DNA of 30,365 bases from Acidobacteriota bacterium (GTDB taxonomy: Bacteria; Acidobacteriota; Thermoanaerobaculia; Multivoradales; UBA5704): the NCBI GenBank assembly GCA_003223675.1, contig QHVW01000152.1, forward strand, positions 1 to 30,365. The letters run 5' to 3'. Shown piece by piece: positions 1 through 8,136 of this stretch. Position 1 is the first letter of the stretch. The number at the start of each line of letters is the position of its first letter. The position numbers and the translations under genes were made by a program. Under the pieces are notes generated by a model. That model ran no database searches. It was not told the origin of the DNA and saw nothing but the letters and a program-made list of their open reading frames with translations.

Positions 1-2
1 AG

Positions 3-65
3 GAGATCCTGCGCCAGTATCCCTCTCTCGAGGAGGAAGACATCGACGCCTGCTTGGCTTACTGA
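3..65 (+). CDS. C-terminal fragment of a DUF433-family (putative antitoxin) protein, cut by the window edge
   Basis: Frame 3 reads EILRQYPSLEEEDIDACLAY* (TGA 63-65), resembling the DUF433 C-terminal pattern (xxYPxLxxEDIxAxLxY). Only 20 codons are visible. Confidence 0.7.
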   Translation, partial: EILRQYPSLEEEDIDACLAY

Positions 66-66
66 T

Positions 67-1959
67 TCACCACATCCCCAGCGCCACCCCGTCCTGCACC
101 ACCTCGATCCACTCGCAGGGCCTCTCCCGCGCCTCGGTGCGGCGGAGGACGTAGAGCTTCTCGCCGCTGTCGCGGCGTTCGAGGAGGCGGAAGCCCTGGT
201 CGTCGTAGAAGGTCTCGACGGGCTTGTTGCGGGGGGTCGGGAGGTAGCGGCCGCGCAGCTCCAGGTGGCCGGGCTCGTCGAGGAGGCGGTGCTTGACGTG
301 GTTCATCATCGCCGTCTCGATCCCCCGCCCCATGACGCGGCAGCTCATCAGGAAGCTGTCGATGTAGACGATGCGGCCGTCGCGCCGCAGGAGGATGGCG
401 CCGACCGTCCCCTGATCGCCGAAGCGGTCGCGGGCGCGCACCATCCAGAGCTCGCAGATGGGCGAGGCGATGAAACGCTCGACCTCGGACGGCGTATAGC
501 GCGGGCTCGTGAGGTTGAGCTGGCTGGCGCGGGTGAAGAGCTGGTGGATCCGCGGCAGGTCGCCCCGCCTGGCGCGGGTGATCGCGAGCTCGGTGCGCAG
601 GGTGGCGAGACAGGAGCCGAGATCGCCCACGGCGGGCCGCGGGGCCGCGCATTCACGGTGCTGGCCCAGCGGCCACGCATCCTCCGCGGGGGAGACGGAC
701 GTCCGCTCGAAATCGGTCAGCCGGTCGAGCGCGGCGGTGAGATCGGCCGGATCGGCGGGGAGCAGGACGGCCTTCACCTCGGGGAGCATCTGCTGGACCA
801 GGCTCACCTCGGCCGGATTGGCGTCCATGAAGACGAGGCTTGAAGTGTCGAGGCCGAGCGTGGCGGCCATCTTCCTCACCCCCTCGTGTCGGGGTTGCCA
901 GGAGAGGTCCAGGGCGGTGAGGTCGTCGAGTTGGAGCGGCATCTCGGGCCGGCTGTCGAAGACCTCGCGCACGTCGCCGCGGTTGCTCCGGCTGCACGCC
1001 GCGAGCAGCACCCCCTGGGCCTGGAGGGCCTTCAGGCGGCGCTGGAAGTCGAGGAACGCCTCCCCCTCGGGGTCGCCGGCGCCGATGCGGACGCCGGCCG
1101 GGCCGTCCTCCGCCAGCGCTCCCGCCCACAGGGTGTCGAGGTCGAGCACCAGGCCTTTGCGCCCCTGGCCGCGCGCCGCCCGGGCGTGGCGCGCCAGCTC
1201 CGCGGCCACGCAGCCCAGGAAGGGGAAGCTCCACTCCATCTGGGCCAGGTAGTCCATGCGGCGGTCGCGGACGCGGTCCTTGCCGAAGCGGGAGGCCAGG
1301 CGGTCGAGATCGAAGATCTGGACGCGCGGGTGCCCCTTGAAGCGGCGCAGGAGGTCGAGATTGAGATCGAGGAAGAATTCGGTCTCGCCGTATTCGGCGT
1401 TGAGGTCCGCCACGCCGAAGGCCGGCTGCGCGGGCCCGGGGAAGTTGGCCACCAGCAGGGTGGCGGGGGTGCGGTCGAGCGCCGCCAGCGCCCAGGATTC
1501 GACGTGGGAGGCGACCTCCTCGCGGAGATCGCGGCGCTCGGCGGGCGAGAGCGCGGCGAAGCGGGTCCAGGCCTCCGGCCGCAGCCGGCGGAGGGAGAGG
1601 GCGAGCAGCACGAGGTGGGGAGCGAAGGCGGCGAGGCCGGTCTCGTCCCCCAGCACCTCCTCGACATATTGGCCGGTGCTCTCGATGTAGTGCGCGGCGC
1701 GCAGCCGCTCGCGGGCGAAACAGAGGTCGACCCAGCGCGGCAGCGGATCGAGGGTGAAGTTGGCGAGGTAGGCGATGCGGACGTCCGGCTCTCCGGGACG
1801 GGCCAGGAGGGTCCGGGAGAGGAGGCTCACCTCGTTGCTGGTGAGCTTCTCCAGATCCAGGGGGAGGAGCGCGCGCTGGAGCGCGGCGGCGTCCGGCGCC
1901 TTGGCGAGGGCCTCAGCCACCGCCCGTGGCTCGAGCTTCGAATCCCGCTGTCTGTCCAT
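67..1959 (-). CDS. FkbH-like protein (N-terminal domain + HAD-IIIC domain + C-terminal GNAT-like domain), 630 aa, with degenerate HAD motifs
   Basis: Typical FkbH segments are present: KGLVLDLDTLWAGALAEDG, GEAFLDFQRRLKALQAQGVLLA, DRFGDQGTVG, FLMSCRVMGRGIE, YLPTPRNKPV. Start is placed at ATG 1959 behind GGAGAAAGG rather than the ORF-track start at 1998. Confidence 0.88.
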   Translation of the reverse strand: MDRQRDSKLEPRAVAEALAKAPDAAALQRALLPLDLEKLTSNEVSLLSRTLLARPGEPDVRIAYLANFTLDPLPRWVDLCFARERLRAAHYIESTGQYVEEVLGDETGLAAFAPHLVLLALSLRRLRPEAWTRFAALSPAERRDLREEVASHVESWALAALDRTPATLLVANFPGPAQPAFGVADLNAEYGETEFFLDLNLDLLRRFKGHPRVQIFDLDRLASRFGKDRVRDRRMDYLAQMEWSFPFLGCVAAELARHARAARGQGRKGLVLDLDTLWAGALAEDGPAGVRIGAGDPEGEAFLDFQRRLKALQAQGVLLAACSRSNRGDVREVFDSRPEMPLQLDDLTALDLSWQPRHEGVRKMAATLGLDTSSLVFMDANPAEVSLVQQMLPEVKAVLLPADPADLTAALDRLTDFERTSVSPAEDAWPLGQHRECAAPRPAVGDLGSCLATLRTELAITRARRGDLPRIHQLFTRASQLNLTSPRYTPSEVERFIASPICELWMVRARDRFGDQGTVGAILLRRDGRIVYIDSFLMSCRVMGRGIETAMMNHVKHRLLDEPGHLELRGRYLPTPRNKPVETFYDDQGFRLLERRDSGEKLYVLRRTEARERPCEWIEVVQDGVALGMW

Positions 1960-3127
1960 CGTTCCCTTTCTCCGCGATGCGATTGGCGACGGCGTCATAG
2001 AAGGCGAGGAGCTTCCGGCGGAAGGCCTCGGGCGTGAATTCCCGCTGCGCTAGCTGAAGGGCGTTGGCCGCCAGCCGCTCCCGCAGATCCGGATCTTTGA
2101 GGAGGCGCGCGAGCCCCTCGCCCAGAGCCGCGGGCTCGGGCTCGACGAGGAGCGCCACGCTGTCGTCGAGCACCTGGGTGTGGCTCAGCAGACGGGTGGC
2201 GAGCAGGGGTCGCCCCGAGCCCAGGCAGGAGAAGATCTTCATCGGCGTGTTGTCGCCGTGGACGCGCGGCGACACCTGCACGGTCGCCTGGCGCAGGCAG
2301 GCCCCCAGCGCCTCGACGGGTCGCGGTCCGGCGAAGCCGACGCTGCCGGCGATCTCCAGCTCCTCGGCCAGGCTCCGGTAATGTGGGACCCGGTCGTGGC
2401 TCCCGGTCATGATGACCAGCCTGGCGCGCGGCACCTCGGGCAGCACGCGGGCGAAACCGGCGAGCAGCAGGTCGACCCCCTGGTAGGGCGCGAGGTTGCC
2501 CACGTAGAGCACGATGGGATCGCGCCGCCACGCCTCGGGGATCAGGTCCGGGGCCTCCGCCGTGCCGTCGGCCAGGGAGACGTCCTCCAGCGGCGCGATC
2601 AGCCCGTCAGGGTGCCAGGCGCGGGCCTGGGCCTCCAGGGCGCGGCAGCCGGCCAGGGTGCCGCAGCTCGCGCGCACGGCCCAGCGCTCGCAGGCGTCGA
2701 GCAGGAAGCGCACCGCTTGCAACGCCGGGAAGCGGTCCAGCATCGACCGGGACAGCCCCGAGTCCATGTCGTAGATGTAGGGGACGCCGAAGATCCGCTT
2801 CACCAGCAGGGCCATGAAGGCCGCCTCCTCCACCGCGTGGACGACGTCGTAGCGCCCCCGGCGGGCCATGCGCAGGACGCGGCCGAGCATCGAGGCGTCG
2901 CAGATCAGCTTCTTCAGCGAGAAGCCGGGCCGCACACCACGCGCCCAGGCCGGGGCCGCGACACGGTGAATCCGGCAGTTGGGGAGGTCCGGATCCTCCC
3001 CCTCGGGGAAGGTCAGGACGTCCACCTCGTGCCCTTCGGCGGTGAGCACCTGGAGGAGCGCCCGCTCGGCGATCGGCGTGCCGCGCAGTTGAAAGAAGGG
3101 GTGGGGGGCGAGCAGGAGGATCCTCAT
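1913..3127 (-). CDS. Glycosyltransferase family 4 (GT-B), 404 aa
   Basis: Starts MRILLLAPHPFF and contains VLYVGNLAPYQGVD and NTPMKIFSCLGSGRPLLAT. ATG 3127 overlaps the upstream stop (ATGA). Confidence 0.9.
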   Translation of the reverse strand: MRILLLAPHPFFQLRGTPIAERALLQVLTAEGHEVDVLTFPEGEDPDLPNCRIHRVAAPAWARGVRPGFSLKKLICDASMLGRVLRMARRGRYDVVHAVEEAAFMALLVKRIFGVPYIYDMDSGLSRSMLDRFPALQAVRFLLDACERWAVRASCGTLAGCRALEAQARAWHPDGLIAPLEDVSLADGTAEAPDLIPEAWRRDPIVLYVGNLAPYQGVDLLLAGFARVLPEVPRARLVIMTGSHDRVPHYRSLAEELEIAGSVGFAGPRPVEALGACLRQATVQVSPRVHGDNTPMKIFSCLGSGRPLLATRLLSHTQVLDDSVALLVEPEPAALGEGLARLLKDPDLRERLAANALQLAQREFTPEAFRRKLLAFYDAVANRIAEKGNDGQTAGFEARATGGG

Positions 3128-3993
3128 AGGGCCACCTCCTCCACCACCCGGGAACGCGGCAGCCGGCCCAAAGCGTAGATGGCGCCGCCGATCAGCGCCT
3201 GCGCGAGCACCAGGCCGTAGGAGAGCCAGGCGACCGCGACCCCCAGGGCCGCGGGGACGCCGAAGGCGGCGAAGAAGAAGGCCCAGACGTTCTCCCGCAC
3301 GCCGATGGCGTTGATCGAGACGGGAAGCATCATCACGATCAGGGCCAGCGGCACGATCAGGAAGAAATACGGCATGGGGATGGGCACGTGCAGGGAGCGG
3401 GCCAGGCACCAGCCGCCGAGCACGACCGAGGTCTGAAGCAGCAGCGACCAGCCGGAGGCGCGGGCCAGCACGTCCCACTGCCATTGCAGCTTCCGATGGA
3501 GGAACAGGAGCCCGGCGGCGAGCCCCAGGGCGGCGGCGCCGGCCATCATCCAGGTGAGCCGTCCGGAGGCGAGGGCCCCTACGATGGCGAAGAGCAGCAG
3601 CGCCAGCAGCCCCAGGAAGCGGTCGACGAAGATGGTCGCCAACGCCTTGGCCCGCCCCACCCCGGAGCGGGCGGTGTGGACCACGCGCACGGTGTCGCCG
3701 CCGATCGTCGAGGGGAGGAGGTTGTTGAAGAAGATCCCCACGAAGTAGGCGCGGACGAGGCCGGGGAACGATGCCTCGCCCCCCTGGGCGCGGATCAGCA
3801 GGCGCCAGCGGCGGACGCTCACCAGGGTGTCGAGCAGTTGGAGCCCCAGCGCCAGCAGGACGAAGCGGAGATCGGCCGAGCGGAAGGCGGCGCCCGCCTC
3901 CTGGAACGGCGTCCGGCGCAGGATCCAGGCGACCAGGGCAGCCGAGACCGCGAGGCGCAGCGCGAGGCTTAAGCCGCGGGGGATCCTCATCAT
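3124..3993 (-). CDS. UPF0104 / lysylphosphatidylglycerol-synthase TM-domain (flippase-like) membrane protein, 289 aa
   Basis: Multi-TM protein with RRWRLL, FFNNLLPSTIGGD and LPVSINAIGVRE, which are characteristic of this family. Confidence 0.88.
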   Translation of the reverse strand: MMRIPRGLSLALRLAVSAALVAWILRRTPFQEAGAAFRSADLRFVLLALGLQLLDTLVSVRRWRLLIRAQGGEASFPGLVRAYFVGIFFNNLLPSTIGGDTVRVVHTARSGVGRAKALATIFVDRFLGLLALLLFAIVGALASGRLTWMMAGAAALGLAAGLLFLHRKLQWQWDVLARASGWSLLLQTSVVLGGWCLARSLHVPIPMPYFFLIVPLALIVMMLPVSINAIGVRENVWAFFFAAFGVPAALGVAVAWLSYGLVLAQALIGGAIYALGRLPRSRVVEEVAL

Positions 3994-3994
3994 C

Positions 3995-5998
3995 CTAGGC
4001 CGCCGACCCCAGCCGCTCGCGCAGCCGGCCGGTGAGGTCCTCCAGGCGCTCGCTCCGCACGTACATGCGGTACCAGATCTCGACGTTGAGGATCATCCAG
4101 AGCCGCGCGTGATGGTCGGCCCGGGCCGCGACGTGCTCCGCGATCAGCCGCTCGACCGGCTCGCGGCGGAAGATCCCCTCCTCGATCAGCGCCGAGGAGG
4201 CGAGCAGATGCCGGAGCACGGGCAGGAGCGGCCCTTTCATCCAGTAGCCGAGAGGGAACATGAACCCCTGCTTGGGCCGCTGGAGGATGGCCTGGGGAAG
4301 GTAGGGGGCGGCCACCCGGCGCAGCAGGTACTTGAGGGTCCGACCCCGCATCTTGAGGCTGGTAGGCACCGTGGCCACGAGCTCGGCCAGGCGGTGGTCG
4401 AGGAAGGGGGAGCGCGCCTCCAGGCCGCGCGCCATGGTCATGCGGTCGGAGAGCATCAGCGAGTGCTCGGGCAGCCGGGTGGCGACGTCCGCCTGCAGCA
4501 TGCGGTCGAGGTCGTCGCGCGCCACGGCCTCGTCGAAGCCGCGGATGACCGACTCCATGGGATCGAGGTCGGCCAGCTGCCCGGCGACGTCGGGCGCGTA
4601 GAGCCCTCCCTTGCCCTGGTGGCCGAAGCGGAAGAACGCCGTGGCCTGGGCGTAGCGCCGCCCCCCTTCGTAGAAGGAGAGGTCGTGCACCCAGCGGGCC
4701 TTCTGGGCCACGGTCTTGTAGCCGGCGGTGTCAGGCAGGGCGTAGATGGCGGGCCCCAGCAGCCAGCGCCGCGCCGCCTCGGGCAGGGCGGCGTAGAGAT
4801 TCACCCAGCGGAAGCCGAAGTAGCGGTCGTAGCCGGCGAAGACCTCGTCGCCGCCGTCGCCGGTGAGCACGACCTTGACGTGGCGGGAGGCGAGGGCGGC
4901 CGCGTGGTCCATGCAGGCCGCGATGGGGTCCGAGGGCTCGTCGAGGTGGCGGATCATCGCCGGCAGCAGCTCGACCATGTCGGGCCAGACGATCTCCTCG
5001 TGGTGCTCGGTGCCGCAGCGCTCGGCCACCAGCCGGGCGTAGGGGAGCTCGTTGAAATCCTGGTCCTCGACGCCCACGGCGAAGGTGGGCACGGGCGCGT
5101 CGCGCCGTTCGGCCAGGCTCTCGGCCATCAGGGCCACGATCAGGCTCGAATCCATGCCGCCCGAGAGATAGGCGCCCACGGGGACGTCGGCGATCAGATG
5201 GGACTCGACGGCGTCGCGGACCCCCTCGCGCACCTCTTCCACGAGATCAGCCTCGCGGTCGCTCCGCTTGGGGGTGTAGCGCAACTGCCAGTAGCGCCGC
5301 ACCTCGATGGCCGGCGCCGGCGCCAGCGCCAGAGGCCCGGCCCGCGGCGGCTCGATCGCGGAGGCGTCGAGCACCAGCAGGTGCGCGGGGGGGAGCTTGT
5401 GGATGCCCTGGAAGAGGGTGCGCGGGCTGGGGATGAAGCGCAGGGTCAGATACTCGTCGAGCGAGCGCAGGTCGAGCTCGGGGCCCGGCGCCTCGGGCCC
5501 GGCGCCGGCGAGGAGCGCCTTGATCTCGGAGGCGAACAGGAAACGCCGGCCGTCGAAGCGCCAGAACAGGGGCTTCTGGCCGAAACGGTCGCGCGCCAGC
5601 AGGAGCTTGCGCCGCCGCGCGTCCCAGATGGCGAAGGCGAACATGCCCCGCAGGTCCTCGACCACGCGCTCGCCGCGGTCCTCGTAGAGATGGAGGATGA
5701 CCTCGGTGTCGCTGTTGGTCTTGAAGAAATGGCCGCGGCTCGCGAGGTCGCGCCGCAGCTCGCGGTAGTTGTAGATCTCGCCGTTGCAGACGATCCAGGC
5801 GCTGGCGTCCTCGTTGGCGATCGGCTGGTGGCCGCGCGCCAAGTCGATGATCGCCAGGCGGCGCATGGCGAGGCCGGCCTCGCCGAGGAGCACGGCGCCC
5901 TGATCGTCCGGCCCGCGGTGGACGAGGGCGTCGCTCATCCGCTCAAGCGCTTTGGGGCCGGCGCCCGAAAGGTTCCACTCACCGCAGATGCCGCACAC
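3995..5998 (-). CDS. asnB: Asparagine synthase (glutamine-hydrolysing) family amidotransferase, 667 aa (distal copy)
   Basis: N-terminal MCGICG (Ntn Cys), HRGPD, NGEIYNY, RDRFGQKPL, YLSGGMDSS, LTGDGGDE and RPKQGF. GTG start with AAAGGAG upstream. Confidence 0.93.
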   Translation of the reverse strand: MCGICGEWNLSGAGPKALERMSDALVHRGPDDQGAVLLGEAGLAMRRLAIIDLARGHQPIANEDASAWIVCNGEIYNYRELRRDLASRGHFFKTNSDTEVILHLYEDRGERVVEDLRGMFAFAIWDARRRKLLLARDRFGQKPLFWRFDGRRFLFASEIKALLAGAGPEAPGPELDLRSLDEYLTLRFIPSPRTLFQGIHKLPPAHLLVLDASAIEPPRAGPLALAPAPAIEVRRYWQLRYTPKRSDREADLVEEVREGVRDAVESHLIADVPVGAYLSGGMDSSLIVALMAESLAERRDAPVPTFAVGVEDQDFNELPYARLVAERCGTEHHEEIVWPDMVELLPAMIRHLDEPSDPIAACMDHAAALASRHVKVVLTGDGGDEVFAGYDRYFGFRWVNLYAALPEAARRWLLGPAIYALPDTAGYKTVAQKARWVHDLSFYEGGRRYAQATAFFRFGHQGKGGLYAPDVAGQLADLDPMESVIRGFDEAVARDDLDRMLQADVATRLPEHSLMLSDRMTMARGLEARSPFLDHRLAELVATVPTSLKMRGRTLKYLLRRVAAPYLPQAILQRPKQGFMFPLGYWMKGPLLPVLRHLLASSALIEEGIFRREPVERLIAEHVAARADHHARLWMILNVEIWYRMYVRSERLEDLTGRLRERLGSAA

Positions 5999-6019
5999 GC
6001 TCGTCGTCGCTCCTTTCGC

Positions 6020-7062
6020 TCAGGACGCCTGGAGGGCGCCTCCCATCCCCGTGTCGTCGAGCCCGGGCGCCTGGGGGACCGGCGCGAGGTCCGGGCGGGG
6101 AGGATTGCGGATCACCTCGGCGATCCGGTAATCGCGGACGTGGCGCGCGTGGGTGAAGATGATGATCTCGCCGATCAGGCCCAGCGAGAGCGTCTGCACG
6201 CCCAGCACCATGAGCAGCACGCCGAGCAGCAGCACGGCGCGGTCCGAGAGGCCGGTGGCGAAGAAAACCTTTTCGAGCACGGCCACGAGATCGATCGCGA
6301 AGCCGAGCGAGAAGAGGCCGGCCCCCAGCAGCCCGAAGAAGCGCAGCGGCGTGCGAGTGAACCTGGTGAGGAAGAAGACGTTGAGGATGTCGAGCAGCCG
6401 TCCCACGTAGGTGGGCGTCCGAAGTAGCGGGTGGCGCAGTCCTCCCGCCGCTGGGGCAGGGGGATCTCCCGCACGGCGAAGCCGCGGTGGAGCGCCAGCA
6501 GGGGGATGAAGCGGTGCAGGCCGCCGTAGAGGCTCAGCTCGCGCGCCACCCGCCGCCGCATCACCTTGAAGCCGCAGCTCAGGTCGTGAAAACCGGTGTG
6601 CGTGAGCTGATGGACGATGCCGTGGAACAGCCGCGTCTGCAGGCGGTTGAACGGCGAGTCGATGCGCGGATGGCGCCGGCCGGCCACCAGGTCGGCGCCC
6701 TCGTCCAGGGCCTGGAGCGCGGCCCCGAGCCCCACCGGCTCCACCTGGAAGTAGGAGGCGAGGGTGACGATGCGCTCGGCGCGCGCCCGGTTGAAGCCGG
6801 TGGTGAGGGCGGCCGACTCGCCGAACGGGCCGCCCAGGAGCACGACGTCGATCGGCTGCTCCGCAAGCGCCTGGATCTCGCGCAGCGCGGGCACGGCGCC
6901 GCGCAGGTGCTCGTCGACCACGAAGATGAATTCCGCGGTCAGCCCGAGCCGCGCCAGCTCGGCGGCGAATTCCCCGTAGAGCTGCGCGAGATCGCCGTGG
7001 CGCTCGACCACCGGGATCACCACCGAGACGTCCGGCTCTCCCCGCGACCAGCGCGTCCTCAT
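6020..7062 (-). pseudogene. GT2 polyprenyl-phosphate glycosyltransferase (ArnC/DPM1-like) interrupted by a 1-nt frameshift at ~6413-6415 (may be a sequencing error)
   Basis: The N-part (ATG 7062, VSVVIPV...FGESAAL...HDLSCGFK...GGLHRFIP) shifts frame after TRYFGR. The C-part in another frame reads TYVGRLLDILNVFF plus two TM helices to TGA 6020. One extra C in the CCC run restores a 347-aa ORF. Confidence 0.85.
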
Positions 7063-8003
7063 GGGCGTCCCTCCGAGGGGGATGGGATCGCCGTCTCGCC
7101 GGGCCGGAAGTCCCCCAGCCGGACCACCAGCTCCGAGAAGAGGCCGACGATCAACAGGTGAGTGAAAGCGAAGGCGAAGAGGAGCGTAATGGCGGGGAAG
7201 ACGAGTGGATACCGGTGCCCGGGCGCCACCGCGAGGTCGATGTAGACGCTGGCGGCGAAGGCCAGCAGCGTGCCGATCAGGAAGGGGACGGCGAGCGCCG
7301 CGAACCACTTGGCCGGCCGCAAGGTGAAGCCGAGCAGCATCTTGACCGTCAGCAGGTCGAGGAAAACCTTCCAGATCCGCGAGATGCCGTATTTGCTGCG
7401 GCCGAACCGGCGGGGGCGGTGGTTGACCGCCACCTCGTGCCAGCGCGAGCCGGAGAGCGACATCATGGGGGTGAGGAAGCGGTGCATCTCGGCGTAGAGG
7501 CGGGCCCGCTTGACCACCTCCGCGCGGTAGGCCTTGAGGGTGCAGCCGTTGTCGTGGATGCGGACGCCCGTCAGGGCGCCGATCAGCCAGTTGGCGGCCA
7601 CGGACGGGACGCGGCGCGAGAGCAGCCGGTCCTTGCGGTCCCGCCGCCAGCCGGAGACCACGTCGTATCCCTGATCGAGGGTGTCGAGGAGGAGCCCGAA
7701 ATCGCCGGGATCGTTCTGGAGGTCGCCGTCGAGGGTGATCACGATCTTCCCCTCGGCGTGATCGAATCCCGCCTGGAGGGCCGCCGTCTGCCCGTAGTTG
7801 CGGCGGAAGCGGAGGGCCCGCACGCGCGGGTCGAGCGCGCAGATCTCCCTGAGCTTGCCCGCCGTGCCGTCGGTGCTGCCGTCGTCGACGAGCAGGAGCT
7901 CCCAGCTCCTCTCCAACCGGCCGGCCGCGGCGCATACCTCCCGGTAGAGCACCTCGACGCTCTCCTCCTCGTTGTAGAGCGGCACGACGATGGTCACGTC
8001 CAT
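7059..8003 (-). CDS. GT2 polyprenyl-phosphate glycosyltransferase (ArnC/DPM1-like), 314 aa
   Basis: MDVTIVVPLYNEE, VDDGSTDGT, RNYGQTAA, TLDGDLQNDP, DNGCTLKAYR, EMHRF, SKYG, and C-terminal TM helices. Start placed at ATG 8003. Confidence 0.92.
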   Translation of the reverse strand: MDVTIVVPLYNEEESVEVLYREVCAAAGRLERSWELLLVDDGSTDGTAGKLREICALDPRVRALRFRRNYGQTAALQAGFDHAEGKIVITLDGDLQNDPGDFGLLLDTLDQGYDVVSGWRRDRKDRLLSRRVPSVAANWLIGALTGVRIHDNGCTLKAYRAEVVKRARLYAEMHRFLTPMMSLSGSRWHEVAVNHRPRRFGRSKYGISRIWKVFLDLLTVKMLLGFTLRPAKWFAALAVPFLIGTLLAFAASVYIDLAVAPGHRYPLVFPAITLLFAFAFTHLLIVGLFSELVVRLGDFRPGETAIPSPSEGRP

Positions 8004-8132
8004 GGTCTTGGATCCTGAATGTTGGGTCCCAGGACGGAGAGCCCCGCCGCGCGAGCCCCGGGGCTGGAGTCCCACGGGCGGCGTGGCAGGCGCTCGTTCC
8101 CGTCCAAGACCCAAGATCCAGGACCCAAGACC
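8004..8132. repeat. Intergenic element with 25-bp imperfect terminal inverted repeats built from heptamers
   Basis: 8004-8028 GGTCTTGGATCCTGAATGTTGGGTC matches the reverse complement of 8108-8132 at 22/25 positions. The right arm lies in a CCAAGAC-type heptamer array (4 copies, 8104-8131). Internal 12-bp palindrome AGCCCCGGGGCT at 8054-8065. Confidence 0.8.
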
Positions 8133-8136
8133 GGAT

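Noticed and set aside
6401-6420. Programmed ribosomal frameshift in the GT2
   Set aside because: There is no slippery heptamer and only a 5-bp hairpin. A homopolymer indel is simpler.
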